Below, piece by piece: positions 1 to 10,988 of a DNA stretch of 64,000 nucleotides. Below the pieces are notes generated by a model, which searched no databases, was not told the origin of the DNA, and worked only from the letters and a program-made list of their open reading frames with translations. The number at the start of each line of letters is the position of its first letter. Positions within the stretch are counted from its first letter, which is position 1. Source of the stretch: an uncultured Pelagibacteraceae bacterium (lineage in GTDB: Bacteria; Pseudomonadota; Alphaproteobacteria; Pelagibacterales; Pelagibacteraceae); assembly GCA_902546795.1 (NCBI GenBank), contig CACCLK010000002.1, positions 2,061 through 66,060 of the forward strand, given 5' to 3'. A program made the translations under genes and the position numbers.

Positions 1-174
1 GATGGGTTGTGGGATGATGGTAGAAATGATGTTCAACAACTTGGAATGAGCTACAAAGATCTTGAAAAAGCTATGGAAGATAAAAATGATCCTAACTATC
101 AAAAATATTTAAAAATTAGAGAAAAAAATTTACACAAAATGAATCCTATACCTGTTTGCAAATTCAATGAATAA
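1..174 (+). CDS. nadE: NAD(+) synthetase, 3' end (partial, starts before window)
   Basis: Frame 1 reads DGLWDDGRNDVQQLGMSY...KNLHKMNPIPVC to TAA at 172-174; matches the NadE C-terminus (DGLW..D..QLG..Y, HK..PIP). Confidence 0.8.
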   Translation, partial: DGLWDDGRNDVQQLGMSYKDLEKAMEDKNDPNYQKYLKIREKNLHKMNPIPVCKFNE

Positions 175-1519
175 TTTACAATTAACTAATACTCTCACAA
201 ATAAGAAAGAAATTTTTAATCCAATAAACTCCAAAAAAGTTTCCTTGTATGCTTGTGGGCCAACAGTTTATGACAATCCGCATGTAGGAAATGCACGAGC
301 GATAGTTGTTTTCGACTTATTATTTAGAATTTTAATAGAATTGTTTGGAAAAAATAAAGTTTTATATATTAGAAATATAACCGATATTGATGATAAAATA
401 ATAGAAGCATCAAAAAATAAAAAAATTTCAATTAACGAGTTAACAAAAAAAATTACAAAAAAGTTTCATCAGGATTGTAAATCTTTATTTTGTTTAAACC
501 CAACTAAAGAACCAAAGGCCACAGAGCATGTTGATGGGATGATTAAAATGACAGAGCAACTAATTAATAAAAAAGCTGCATATGAAATTGATGGTCACGT
601 TTATTTTTCAGTTGAGTCATTTAAAAATTATGGAAAGCTATCAAATAAAAATCTTGGGGATCTTAAAGCTGGTGCAAGAGTAGAAGTTTCTAAGAAGAAA
701 AAAGATCCTTTAGATTTTGTTTTATGGAAACCCTCGGATAATAATGACCCTGGTTGGGACTCACCTTGGGGCAGAGGGAGGCCTGGATGGCATTTAGAAT
801 GTTCAGTTATGAGTGAAAAATATCTAGGAAGTAATTTCGATATTCATGGCGGTGGAATAGATTTAATTTTTCCTCATCATGAAAATGAAATTGCACAATC
901 ATGTGTTTTTAATGGAACAGAAAAGTTTGCAAATTATTGGGTACATAATGGATTTGTAACAATTAAAAAAGAAAAAATGTCAAAATCTCTTGGAAATATA
1001 ACTACTATTGAAAATGCAACCAAAAAATATTCTGGACAGGTAGTTAGACTTTCTCTTTTAAGTGCACAGTACAAACAACCATTAGACTGGAGCGATACAC
1101 TTCTCAATGAACAATCTAAAGTTTTAGATAAATGGTATACAATGTATTCACCAGAAATGAGCGATCATACACCCGAGTGTTTTGAAGATCTACTAGATGA
1201 TATGAACACTCCATTATATATTTCAAAATTACATGATTTATTTCAACAATCTCAAAACGGTGATAAAAATAAAAAAAGAGAATTCAATAGAGCATGTAGA
1301 CTAATTGGTTTATTTAATGAGACATGTGAAGAGCGTGTTAATTTTAAAAAAGGTAAATATCAAATTTCCGAAAAGATGATATTGTCTAAAATTCATGAGC
1401 GTGATCAAGCTAAAAAGAATAGTAATTATAAATTAGCAGACAAAATTAGAGCTGATTTAAATAAAGAAGGTATTGATATAAAAGATGAAAAAGGTAAAAC
1501 AACTTGGAAATACAAATGA
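167..1519 (+). CDS. cysS: Cysteine--tRNA ligase
   Basis: CGPTVY, HVGN (HIGH), GRPGWHLEC, DIHGGG.DL.FPHHENE, KMSKS. Confidence 0.97.
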   Translation: MNNLQLTNTLTNKKEIFNPINSKKVSLYACGPTVYDNPHVGNARAIVVFDLLFRILIELFGKNKVLYIRNITDIDDKIIEASKNKKISINELTKKITKKFHQDCKSLFCLNPTKEPKATEHVDGMIKMTEQLINKKAAYEIDGHVYFSVESFKNYGKLSNKNLGDLKAGARVEVSKKKKDPLDFVLWKPSDNNDPGWDSPWGRGRPGWHLECSVMSEKYLGSNFDIHGGGIDLIFPHHENEIAQSCVFNGTEKFANYWVHNGFVTIKKEKMSKSLGNITTIENATKKYSGQVVRLSLLSAQYKQPLDWSDTLLNEQSKVLDKWYTMYSPEMSDHTPECFEDLLDDMNTPLYISKLHDLFQQSQNGDKNKKREFNRACRLIGLFNETCEERVNFKKGKYQISEKMILSKIHERDQAKKNSNYKLADKIRADLNKEGIDIKDEKGKTTWKYK

Positions 1520-3120
1520 GCAAAGAAAAAATATACATTTTTGATACCACTTTAAGAGATGGAGCCCAAACAGAAGGGGTTGATTTTTCAGTAGAGGATA
1601 AAAATAAAATTGCAAAAATTTTAGCTAACATTGGTGTTGATTATATTGAAGGTGGCTGGCCAGGAGCAAATCCAGTTGACAATGAATTTTTTGATAAGTC
1701 ACCAAATTTAGGTTCATCAAAATTTACAGCCTTTGGTATGACAAAAAAAAATGGAGTTAGTGCTGATAATGACCCAAATTTGTCCTCATTAATGAACGCG
1801 AATTGTAAAACAGTTTGTGTTGTGGGAAAAGCTTGGGATTTTCATGTCAAAACTGCTTTAGGAATAAAAAATGAGGATAATCTTAAAAACATAAAAGAGA
1901 CAGCCAAACATTTTGTAAAAAATAAAAAAGAATTTCTTTTTGATGCTGAGCATTTTTTTGATGGTTATAAAAATAATCCTAATTACGCACTTGACTGTTT
2001 AAAACAAGCATTTGATGAAGGTGCTAGATGGATAGTTTTGTGTGATACCAATGGCGGAACTCTTCCTAATGAAGTTGGTGAAATAATTTATAAAGTTGCT
2101 AAAGTAATTCCTGGTAAAAACTTAGGTATACACGCTCACAATGATACCGAAAACGCAGTTAGTAATTCGCTAACAGCTGTTTTGGCTGGCGCTAGACAAA
2201 TTCAAGGCACAATTAATGGTTTAGGAGAAAGATGTGGAAATGCAAACTTGATGTCAGTAATACCAACACTTTTTTTAAAAAAAACATTTACTGATAGATT
2301 TGAACTTAATATGAAAAAAGAAAAACTAACCTCTTTAACTGAGTGTTCTAGATTTCTTGATGAAGTTCTAAATAAAAAACCGAATAAAAACATGGCATAT
2401 GTTGGTGGATCTGCTTTTTCACATAAGGGAGGATTACATGTATCAGCTGTAAAAAAAGATCCGAAAACATATGAACATATAGATCCAAAAGAAGTTGGCA
2501 ACCACAGAAACATTATTGTTTCAAACCAAGCCGGTAGATCTAACATCATCTCTAGATTAGAAAACTACGGAATTAAAATAGACTCTAAAGATGAAAAAGT
2601 TCAAAAAATTTTAAACGAGGTAAAAGAAAGGGAGTTTACAGGTTATTCATATGACGGTGCTGATGCCTCATTTGAACTTTTAGCTAATAAGTTATTAGGT
2701 AAACTTCCAGAATACCTAAAAGTAAAAAATTATAATGTAAATGTTAAAAAAGATAATGATCTGAAAACGACCGCTGAAGTGACATTTATTATCGATGGTA
2801 AAGAAATCAATTGTGCTGGCGAGGGAAATGGACCTGTTAATGCTTTAGACAACGCTATAAGACTTAATTTTAAAAAAGTGGACAAATACTACAAGTATTT
2901 TTCTGACTTAAAACTATTAGATTATAAAGTAAGAATATTAAATACTGGAACCGGCGCCACAACAAGAGTTCTAATTGAGAGCACTGATAAAACAGGAAAA
3001 AGCTGGTTTACTATAGGAGTTTCACAAAATATAATTGAAGCATCGTTCAAGGCTCTTATTGATAGTTTAGAATATAAACTTTATAAAGAAAAAGCCCCAG
3101 CTAACATAAATGCTAAGTAA
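1516..3120 (+). CDS. cimA: Citramalate synthase (LeuA/CimA family)
   Basis: DTTLRDGAQ, EGGWPGANP, FDAEHFFDG, HAHND, GERCGNAN; ATG at 1516 overlaps the cysS stop. Confidence 0.88.
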   Translation: MSKEKIYIFDTTLRDGAQTEGVDFSVEDKNKIAKILANIGVDYIEGGWPGANPVDNEFFDKSPNLGSSKFTAFGMTKKNGVSADNDPNLSSLMNANCKTVCVVGKAWDFHVKTALGIKNEDNLKNIKETAKHFVKNKKEFLFDAEHFFDGYKNNPNYALDCLKQAFDEGARWIVLCDTNGGTLPNEVGEIIYKVAKVIPGKNLGIHAHNDTENAVSNSLTAVLAGARQIQGTINGLGERCGNANLMSVIPTLFLKKTFTDRFELNMKKEKLTSLTECSRFLDEVLNKKPNKNMAYVGGSAFSHKGGLHVSAVKKDPKTYEHIDPKEVGNHRNIIVSNQAGRSNIISRLENYGIKIDSKDEKVQKILNEVKEREFTGYSYDGADASFELLANKLLGKLPEYLKVKNYNVNVKKDNDLKTTAEVTFIIDGKEINCAGEGNGPVNALDNAIRLNFKKVDKYYKYFSDLKLLDYKVRILNTGTGATTRVLIESTDKTGKSWFTIGVSQNIIEASFKALIDSLEYKLYKEKAPANINAK

Positions 3121-3823
3121 GATTAGTTTTGTATTAGTTAAACCTCAATTAGGTGAAAATATAGGGGCAACAGCAAGAGCGCTAAAAAATTTTAATTTTT
3201 CCAACTTAATTTTAGTTTCACCAAGAGACGGCTGGCCTAACAAAAAAGCAGAGGCTACCTCGGCTAATGCAAGCGATATAATCAAAAAAACAAAAAAATT
3301 TCTAAATATTAAAAAAGCTCTTAAAGAATTTAATGTCGTTTTTTCTTTCAGCGCCAGAGAAAGGGATATTAATAAAAAACATTTAAACATTACTGAGTTT
3401 ATAAAGATTTTAAATAATTTTAAGACACAAAAAATTGGATTAGTTTTTGGCCCCGAGGCGTCTGGATTATCTAATGATGATTTGTCTTATTCGAATTACA
3501 TTGTAAAAATACCTACTTCAAAGTATTGTTCAATTAATTTATCCCATTCTGTTTTAATTGTGTGTTATGAAATCTTCAAATCTCAAAATTTAAAATCCAA
3601 AACGAAAAACAAAAATACTAAAATTTCAAAAAAGAGAGATTTATTTAAATTTACTGATTTACTGATAAAATTATTAACAAAAAAAAATTTTTTTAGGCAA
3701 AATAAAAAAAGGAAATCAATGGTTCAAAATCTTAATAATCTTTTCTTCAAACTTGAGCTTAATAGTAAAGAATTAAGGATTTTGGCTAGTATTGTAAGCA
3801 CATTGTCTAAAAAAAATTTCTAA
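3110..3823 (+). CDS. trmJ: SPOUT RNA methyltransferase, TrmJ/LasT family
   Basis: LVKPQLGENIGATARALKNF, FGPEASGLSN, SINLSHSV..CYE. Confidence 0.8.
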   Translation: MLSKISFVLVKPQLGENIGATARALKNFNFSNLILVSPRDGWPNKKAEATSANASDIIKKTKKFLNIKKALKEFNVVFSFSARERDINKKHLNITEFIKILNNFKTQKIGLVFGPEASGLSNDDLSYSNYIVKIPTSKYCSINLSHSVLIVCYEIFKSQNLKSKTKNKNTKISKKRDLFKFTDLLIKLLTKKNFFRQNKKRKSMVQNLNNLFFKLELNSKELRILASIVSTLSKKNF

Positions 3824-3830
3824 AGTTTAA

Positions 3831-3858
3831 TTGACTTTTTTGTAACAGACTTTATAAA
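3831..3858 (+). promoter_or_regulatory. Putative sigma70 promoter of rpsD
   Basis: TTGACT (3831-3836), 16 nt, TATAAA (3853-3858); ATG at 3870. Confidence 0.6.
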
Positions 3859-3869
3859 AGCTCCAAATT

Positions 3870-4487
3870 ATGACAAAACGTCTAAAATCAAAACATAAAG
3901 TTGACAGAAGATTAAAAGCAAATCTTTGGGGGAGACCAAAGAGTCCATTCAACGTAAGAGCTTACCCCCCAGGACAGCACGGTCAGAATAAAAAAGGTAA
4001 ACCAACAGATTATGGCGTTCAACTTCAAGCCAAACAAAAATTAAAGTCTTATTATGGAAATATTAACGAAAGACAATTCAGAAATATATACAGAAAGGCT
4101 TTATCTAAAAAGGGAGATACAACTGAAAACTTAATAGCATTATTAGAAAGCAGACTCGATACTGTCATTTATAGAGCTAAATTCGCCCCAACTGTTTTTG
4201 CAGCTCGACAACTAATTAATCATGGACACATTAGAGTAAATAAGAAAAAAGTTAACATTGCTAGTTATGTTGTAAAAAATAAGGACTTAATTGAAGTAAG
4301 AGATAAATCTAAAAAACTTAATGTTATTGATAACACTATCTCAAGTAAAGAGAGGGATGTCCCAGAGTATATTAAACAAGATGGCAAAAATAAATCAATC
4401 CAACTACTAAGAGTTCCAAAATTTTCTGAAGTTCCTTACCCAGTTATTATGGAGCCAAATCTTGTTATTGAGTATTATTCTAGGTAA
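3870..4487 (+). CDS. rpsD: 30S ribosomal protein S4
   Basis: [33 protein letters not shown]. Confidence 0.97.
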   Translation: MTKRLKSKHKVDRRLKANLWGRPKSPFNVRAYPPGQHGQNKKGKPTDYGVQLQAKQKLKSYYGNINERQFRNIYRKALSKKGDTTENLIALLESRLDTVIYRAKFAPTVFAARQLINHGHIRVNKKKVNIASYVVKNKDLIEVRDKSKKLNVIDNTISSKERDVPEYIKQDGKNKSIQLLRVPKFSEVPYPVIMEPNLVIEYYSR

Positions 4488-4805
4488 TCAAATAATTTTT
4501 TTTTCTTCAAAAATTTTCTTCAAATCACCCTTTTCAAACATTTCTTTTACGATATCGCAGCCACCAATGAATTCACCTTTGACGTACAATTGTGGGATAG
4601 TTGGCCAATCACTGTAATCTTTTATTCCTTGCCTCATATTTTCATCTGATAAAACATTAATACTTTTAAAATTTACTTTAAGATGTTTAAGAACATTTGA
4701 AACCGCCATGGAGAAGCCACACTGAGGCGAGTCTGGCGTACCTTTCATAAATAGACAAACATCATTACTTTTAATTAGCTCTTCAATATTTTTTTTTATT
4801 TCCAT
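4488..4805 (-). CDS. grxD: Monothiol glutaredoxin Grx4
   Basis: FMKGTP..PQCGFS, WPTIPQLY, GGCDI. Confidence 0.95.
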   Translation of the reverse strand: MEIKKNIEELIKSNDVCLFMKGTPDSPQCGFSMAVSNVLKHLKVNFKSINVLSDENMRQGIKDYSDWPTIPQLYVKGEFIGGCDIVKEMFEKGDLKKIFEEKKII

Positions 4806-5035
4806 TATAAAACCTCTGTGGTTATAGATAAAGCATGAAGCTCATTACCCATTTTACCTTTTAAAGATTTGTAAACAAGTTTGTGTTGATCAATTTTTGA
4901 CATTCCCTTAAATACCTTAGATTTTACGATCGCAGAATAGTGATTATTGTCACCCATTAGGTCTTTAATTTCAACTTGAGCATCAGGTATTGCTGCTGAA
5001 ATAAGTTGGATAATATCTTTTTCTTTTAAGGCCAT
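4805..5035 (-). CDS. bolA: BolA family protein
   Basis: GDNNHY, QHKLVY, LHALSI; adjacent to grxD. Confidence 0.9.
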   Translation of the reverse strand: MALKEKDIIQLISAAIPDAQVEIKDLMGDNNHYSAIVKSKVFKGMSKIDQHKLVYKSLKGKMGNELHALSITTEVL

Positions 5036-7215
5036 TAGTAGTTATAGTACCATTTATTATTTAAATTGTACAATTCTTCAACACTCAGTTTTATTTCATT
5101 CTCTACTTCGAAGAATTTTTTTTGAGCAACACCTACAGCTTCATGGTGTATATTTTCATCTTCTAAAATTTGTTTAACTTTTCCAATATCATTAGGTTTT
5201 ACCTCCAATATATATCTCCCTTGATCTTCACTAAAAAAATATTCAAATAAGTTGAGTAACTTTTTTGGTTTATTTATTTTGACACCAATCATAGAACTCA
5301 AGGACATCTCAGCTATAGAAGAGATAATTCCACCAGTTGAGACGTCGTGAATAGAGCAAATAAGTTTTTCCTTAGCTAATTTTAGAATTGCAAGACCATT
5401 GTTTTTTTCATTAGATAAATTTATCTCGGGTGGAGGGCCCTCAATTTTATTATATATCTCTCTTAAAAACGCAGTTTGATCTAAATGACCAAAAGTTTTT
5501 CCTACAACTAAAATGATATTTCCTTCAGCCTTTAATTTATGATCAAATACATTATTATAATTATCAATCACTCCAACCCCACCAATAACTGGAGTAGGAA
5601 AAATATTCTTTTGATTAGTTCCGTTATAAAAAGAGACATTTCCAGAAACAACTGGATAATTTAAAAACTCACATGCTTCTTTCATCCCAATAATAGTCTC
5701 AGCAAATTGGCCCATTATTTCTGAATTTTCCGGATTTCCAAAATTAAGACAATTTGTTATTGCGATAGGTTTAGACCCAACTGAAATAAGATTTCTCCAA
5801 CTCTCACAAACAATTTGTTTTCCACCAGTAGTTGGGTGTGCTTTACAATAATTTGCATTTGAGTCAACGGTAATTGCTATTGCTTTATTTTTTTTATGTA
5901 TTCTGATCACAGCTGAGTCTCCACCAGATTTTTGAAGGGTATCACCCATGACCATTTGATCAAATTGGTTAGTGACCCAATTTTTATTGGAGTGATTTGA
6001 TGAGCTAATTATTTTAATAAATGCATCTTTAAACTTTATTTTGTTCAAGTCTTTAATCTTAATTTTCCTTTGCGAAATTTTATTTTTTTTCCAATCTCTT
6101 TCGTATATTGGTGCCTGATCAGAAAGAGCGTCTATAGGAATTTTTCCAACTTCTGTCTTATTGTATTTTAAAATTAAATTTTTTTCTTTGATAGTTTTAC
6201 CAATAATAACAAAATCTAAATCCCACTTCTCAAAAATCTTTTGTGCTTCATTTTCTTTTCCAGTCTCTAGAATTATAAGCATTCTTTCCTGGCTTTCAGA
6301 CAACATCATTTCGTAAGGCGTCATATTTTCTTCTCTACATGGAACTTTTTCTAAATCTAATGAAATTCCAAGACCACCTTTAGAAGCCATTTCAACACTA
6401 GACGAAGTTAAACCGGCTGCCCCCATATCTTGAATTGCTATTATTGATTTTTTTTTCATTAACTCTAAACAAGCTTCCATTAAAAGTTTTTCCGTAAATG
6501 GATCGCCAACTTGAACTGTTGGTTTTTTTTCCTCTGAATTTTCATCAAACTCTGCCGAGGCCATCGATGCTCCATGAATACCATCTCTACCTGTTTTAGA
6601 ACCTACATAAACAACAGATTTACCTAACCCTTTAGCCTTTGAATAAAAAATTTTATCTTTTTTTGCATGACCTACAGCCATTGCATTGACTAAAATGTTT
6701 TCGTTATAAGTAGAATTAAATTTTGTTTCACCACCGACAGTAGGTATTCCTACACAGTTTCCATATCCTCCTATTCCAGAAACAACGCCATTTAGTAAAT
6801 TTTTCGTATTATTATTTTTTGGATCACCAAAATGAATTGAATTTAGTAAGGCTATCGGTCTTGCCCCCATTGTAAATATATCTCTTAAAATTCCTCCCAC
6901 ACCTGTGGCCGCTCCCTGATACGGTTCTATAAATGAAGGATGGTTATGACTTTCAATTTTAAAAATAATCGCATCATCATCTCCAATGTCTATAACTCCA
7001 GCATTCTCACCAGGGCCTTGAATTACATACTTGTTTTTTGTTGGAAGATTTTTTAAATGAAATTTTGATGATTTATAAGAGCAATGTTCATTCCACATGG
7101 CAGAAAATATACCGAGCTCAAGTAAATTTGGTTCTCTTTTAAGAAGTTTTCGTATCTTTTGATATTCTTCTTCTTTTAATCCATGTTTAGAAATTATTTC
7201 TTGGGTAATTTTCAT
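5035..7215 (-). CDS. purL: Phosphoribosylformylglycinamidine synthase subunit PurL
   Basis: [34 protein letters not shown]. Confidence 0.97.
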   Translation of the reverse strand: MKITQEIISKHGLKEEEYQKIRKLLKREPNLLELGIFSAMWNEHCSYKSSKFHLKNLPTKNKYVIQGPGENAGVIDIGDDDAIIFKIESHNHPSFIEPYQGAATGVGGILRDIFTMGARPIALLNSIHFGDPKNNNTKNLLNGVVSGIGGYGNCVGIPTVGGETKFNSTYNENILVNAMAVGHAKKDKIFYSKAKGLGKSVVYVGSKTGRDGIHGASMASAEFDENSEEKKPTVQVGDPFTEKLLMEACLELMKKKSIIAIQDMGAAGLTSSSVEMASKGGLGISLDLEKVPCREENMTPYEMMLSESQERMLIILETGKENEAQKIFEKWDLDFVIIGKTIKEKNLILKYNKTEVGKIPIDALSDQAPIYERDWKKNKISQRKIKIKDLNKIKFKDAFIKIISSSNHSNKNWVTNQFDQMVMGDTLQKSGGDSAVIRIHKKNKAIAITVDSNANYCKAHPTTGGKQIVCESWRNLISVGSKPIAITNCLNFGNPENSEIMGQFAETIIGMKEACEFLNYPVVSGNVSFYNGTNQKNIFPTPVIGGVGVIDNYNNVFDHKLKAEGNIILVVGKTFGHLDQTAFLREIYNKIEGPPPEINLSNEKNNGLAILKLAKEKLICSIHDVSTGGIISSIAEMSLSSMIGVKINKPKKLLNLFEYFFSEDQGRYILEVKPNDIGKVKQILEDENIHHEAVGVAQKKFFEVENEIKLSVEELYNLNNKWYYNY

Positions 7216-7892
7216 TACGATAAAATACTTAAAAATAATCCAACACCATCTTCATTTGAGACAGAGTGATCGATCATTCTTTCTGGATGTGGCATCATAC
7301 CTAAAATATTTTTTTTTTCATTGAATATACCGGCAATATTTTTAATCGAGCCATTAGGATTACTGTTTTCAGTCTCTTTACCTGCCTGATCACAATACTT
7401 AAAAGCTATTAAATTTTGATCTTCTAATTTCTTTAGATTTTCTTTATCAATAAAAAAATTTCCTTCATTATGTGCGATATTTAAATTAATAACTTGATTT
7501 TTTTTATATTTATTACAAAATTTATTTTTATTATCTAAAATTTTAACAAAAATATTTTTTGATAAAAATTTTAATTCTTTGTTTCTTAATAAAGCACCTG
7601 GTAAAAGTCCTGCTTCAATTAAAATTTGAAAACCGTTACAAACCCCTAAAATTAAACACCCGTTATTTGCAAATCTCACCACCTCTTTAAGAATATTTGA
7701 TTTGGCCGCCATCGCACCAGATCTTAAATAATCTCCATAAGAAAAACCACCAGGTATTACAATTAAATCAGATTTAGGAAGAGTCGTATCCTTGTGCCAA
7801 ACCATTTTATTTTTAAAATTTAATTTTTCCAAGGCAACCGCTATATCTCTATCACAATTAGATCCAGGAAAAACTATTACTGTCGAGTTCAT
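7215..7892 (-). CDS. purQ: FGAM synthase glutaminase subunit PurQ
   Basis: [31 protein letters not shown]. Confidence 0.97.
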   Translation of the reverse strand: MNSTVIVFPGSNCDRDIAVALEKLNFKNKMVWHKDTTLPKSDLIVIPGGFSYGDYLRSGAMAAKSNILKEVVRFANNGCLILGVCNGFQILIEAGLLPGALLRNKELKFLSKNIFVKILDNKNKFCNKYKKNQVINLNIAHNEGNFFIDKENLKKLEDQNLIAFKYCDQAGKETENSNPNGSIKNIAGIFNEKKNILGMMPHPERMIDHSVSNEDGVGLFLSILS

Positions 7893-8131
7893 TTTACGAT
7901 ATCAATTTTGTAATTTTCTATTATTAAATTAGCAAGAAGCATTTTACACATATCGTCAACTTTTTTTTTAGCCGCTGACTCGTTACTTTCATTTAATTCT
8001 ATTTCAAAATATTTTCCCTGTCTCAGACTTTTAAGATTGTCTATACCCATTCCTTGAAGAGTGTTTTGCACAGCCTTACCCTGAGGATCAAGAACATCTT
8101 TCTTTAAAGTAATTGTAACAGATAATTTCAA
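7889..8131 (-). CDS. purS: FGAM synthase subunit PurS
   Basis: VLDPQG, RQGKYFE, LLAN..IE.Y. Confidence 0.95.
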   Translation of the reverse strand: MKLSVTITLKKDVLDPQGKAVQNTLQGMGIDNLKSLRQGKYFEIELNESNESAAKKKVDDMCKMLLANLIIENYKIDIVK

Positions 8132-8132
8132 T

Positions 8133-8924
8133 TTATTTTTTCTTAAATTTTACAGAAGTTGGTTTACCAAATTTAACTTTTTTAATATTAGTTTCTTCTG
8201 GCATAATTTTTAATCTTCTAGCTACCTCTTGATAGCCTTGAATTATATTTCCTAAATCTTTTCTAAATCTATCTTTGTCTAATTTTTTTTCAGTATGTGC
8301 ATCCCAAAGTCTGCAAGTATCCGGGCTTATTTCATCAGCAAGCACAATTTCTTTTTTTGTTTTATCTTCATTCCAAATTTTCCCGTACTCAATTTTAAAA
8401 TCTACTAACTTAATACCCACTGCTCTTAAAAGGCCTGATAAAAGATCGTTAATTCTTAAACTTATTTGATTTATATAATTTAAATCATCCTCAGATAACC
8501 ACTCAAAAGCTAAAATATGCTCTTTGGATACTAATGGATCTCCAAGTTCATCGTTTTTCAGACAATATTCTAGAAGGGGTTTCTTTAAAACAGTTCCCTC
8601 ATGAATACCAAGTCTTTTTGAAAGAGAGCCAGTTGAGATGTTTCTAACAATAAATTCTATAGGAATTATTTCAGCTTTCTTTACAAGTTGTTCTCTCATA
8701 TTTAGTCTTTTTACGAGGTGTGTTTTTATTCCTAACTGACCCAAGTTAGTAAATATGTACTCGGAAATTCTATTATTGATCACACCTTTTCCTTCAACCT
8801 TAGCTTTTTTTAGATTGTTAAATGCAGTGGCGTCGTCTTTAAAATGTTGAATTACTAAGTTCTTATCTGAAGTTTCGTAGACGATCTTAGCTTTCCCTTC
8901 ATACAATTTTTTACCTTTATTCAT
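8133..8924 (-). CDS. purC: SAICAR synthase
   Basis: LYEGKAK, FKDDATAFN, LVDFKIEYG, LADEISPDTCRLWD. Confidence 0.97.
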   Translation of the reverse strand: MNKGKKLYEGKAKIVYETSDKNLVIQHFKDDATAFNNLKKAKVEGKGVINNRISEYIFTNLGQLGIKTHLVKRLNMREQLVKKAEIIPIEFIVRNISTGSLSKRLGIHEGTVLKKPLLEYCLKNDELGDPLVSKEHILAFEWLSEDDLNYINQISLRINDLLSGLLRAVGIKLVDFKIEYGKIWNEDKTKKEIVLADEISPDTCRLWDAHTEKKLDKDRFRKDLGNIIQGYQEVARRLKIMPEETNIKKVKFGKPTSVKFKKK

Positions 8925-8932
8925 ATTTTATT

Positions 8933-10225
8933 TTATTTTAAACATCTTTTAAAAATAACATTTATTCTCTTAGTATGATAATTTAAATCAAATAATTTTT
9001 TCAATTTATTAACAGGTATTTTTTTTGAAATTTTTTTTTCGTTCAATATGTTCTGGTAAAAAGACGTGTTTGATTTCCATGATTTCATGGCAATTTTTTG
9101 CACCATTGAATATGCTTGTTCTCTTGTTAAACCGGAATTAGTTAACTCTAACAAAACTCTTTGTGAGAAAAATAAGCCTTGAGTGATTTCTAAGTTTTTT
9201 CTCATTTTTTTTGGATATATATTTAGATTTTTAATTAAGTTATTTAATCTTACTAATGCAAAATCAAGAGTAACAGTGCTATCAGGTCCGATATTTCTCT
9301 CTACTGCAGAATGTGAAATATCTCTTTCATGCCATAGAGCAACATTTTCAAAAGCAGGTGCTACGTGAGATCTAATTAATCTAGATAAACCAGTAAGGTT
9401 TTCACTTAGTATTGGATTTTTTTTATGTGGCATTGCTGATGAGCCTTTTTGTTTCTTATCAAAAAATTCTTCAACTTCTAAGACCTCTGTTCTTTGCAAA
9501 TGTCTTATTTCTATTGCTAATCTTTCGATTGAGCTTGCAATTAATCCTAGTGTTGAAAAAAACTGAGCATGTCTGTCTCTTGGTATTATCTGGGTTGATA
9601 TTGGCTCAACATTTAATTTTAGTTTTTTTGCAACATAACTCTCTATTTTGGGATCAACATTAGCAAACGTACCAACCGCACCTGAAATAGCACACGTCGA
9701 AATCTCTTTTATAGAAGTCTCCAATCTTTTTTTATTTCTAAAAAATTCTTGATAAAAGGATAGCATTTTAAGTCCAAAAGTAAGTGGCTCAGCATGAATT
9801 CCGTGACTTCTTCCGATACAAAGAGTGTATTTATGCTTTAAAGCTTGTCTTTTAATTGAAATCAATAATTGGTTTAAATCTTTGAGTAAAATTTCACCGG
9901 ACTGTTTAAGCTGAAGATTAAAACAAGTATCTAAAACATCGGAGGATGTCATCCCCTTATGCAGATACCTTGCTTCATTCCCTACCTTTTCAGTAATAGA
10001 AGTTAAGAAAGCTATCACATCATGCTTTACCTTATTTTCTATTTCCAATATTCTTTTGACATTAATTTTGGCTTTTTTTTTTACTTTTTTTGATACACCC
10101 TTTGGAATAATTTTGAATTTTTCCATGGCCTCAGCTGCTGCTAGTTCTATGTCTAACCAGATAGAGTATTTATTATAGTCTTCCCAAATTTGCTTAATTT
10201 CTTTTCTGGAATATCTTTCAATCAT
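8933..10225 (-). CDS. purB: Adenylosuccinate lyase
   Basis: H.GMTSSD, GRSHGIHAEP, GSSAMPHKKNP. Confidence 0.97.
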   Translation of the reverse strand: MIERYSRKEIKQIWEDYNKYSIWLDIELAAAEAMEKFKIIPKGVSKKVKKKAKINVKRILEIENKVKHDVIAFLTSITEKVGNEARYLHKGMTSSDVLDTCFNLQLKQSGEILLKDLNQLLISIKRQALKHKYTLCIGRSHGIHAEPLTFGLKMLSFYQEFFRNKKRLETSIKEISTCAISGAVGTFANVDPKIESYVAKKLKLNVEPISTQIIPRDRHAQFFSTLGLIASSIERLAIEIRHLQRTEVLEVEEFFDKKQKGSSAMPHKKNPILSENLTGLSRLIRSHVAPAFENVALWHERDISHSAVERNIGPDSTVTLDFALVRLNNLIKNLNIYPKKMRKNLEITQGLFFSQRVLLELTNSGLTREQAYSMVQKIAMKSWKSNTSFYQNILNEKKISKKIPVNKLKKLFDLNYHTKRINVIFKRCLK

Positions 10226-10247
10226 TTAAATTTTACTCTTAATTTTT

Positions 10248-10988
10248 CTATAACGTAAAAACTTCACAACCATCTTTAGTTACTCCTATAGTATGTTCAA
10301 ATTGTGCTGATAGAGATTTATCTTTTGTAACAGCTGTCCATCCATCATTAAGGGTTTTTGTCTCAAAATTACCTGTATTGATCATTGGTTCAATTGTAAA
10401 AATCATACCGCTTTTTATTTTTTCACCAGCTCCTGGTTTCCCATAATGCAGAATATTTGGTTTTTCATGAAACTTTTGACCAATGCCATGACCGCAAAAA
10501 TCTCGAACAACAGAAAATCCCTCAGCCTCTACATGGTTTTGAATAACTGATCCAATATCACCTAAATGAATGCCTTCTTTTATAATTTTAATAGATTTCA
10601 TCATAGCCTCATAAGTTGTTCTTACTAATTTTTGTGCTTTGATAGAGACTTCACCTATTTCAAAAGTTCTACTTGTATCACCGTGCCAACCATTTTTCAA
10701 AGCTGTAACATCAACATTTACTATATCACCGTCTTTTAAAATTTTTTCTGATGGTATTCCATGACAAACTATGTGGTTTGATGATGTGCAACATGATTTG
10801 GGGAAACCTCTGTAAAATAATGGAGCAGAGAAAGCACCGTGATCGTTTATATACTCGTAACAAAGCTTATCAATCTCATCAGTTTTAATTCCGGGTTTCA
10901 CTATTTTAGCCACTTCATCAAGAGCTCCTGATGCTATAGTACCGGCCAATCTTGTTTTCTCAAAGGCTTCTTTATAGTTTTCGATCAT
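10248..10988 (-). CDS. map: Type I methionine aminopeptidase
   Basis: CHGIP, DVT..GWHGDTSR, GHGIG..FHE, FTIEPMIN, SAQFEHT. Confidence 0.97.
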   Translation of the reverse strand: MIENYKEAFEKTRLAGTIASGALDEVAKIVKPGIKTDEIDKLCYEYINDHGAFSAPLFYRGFPKSCCTSSNHIVCHGIPSEKILKDGDIVNVDVTALKNGWHGDTSRTFEIGEVSIKAQKLVRTTYEAMMKSIKIIKEGIHLGDIGSVIQNHVEAEGFSVVRDFCGHGIGQKFHEKPNILHYGKPGAGEKIKSGMIFTIEPMINTGNFETKTLNDGWTAVTKDKSLSAQFEHTIGVTKDGCEVFTL

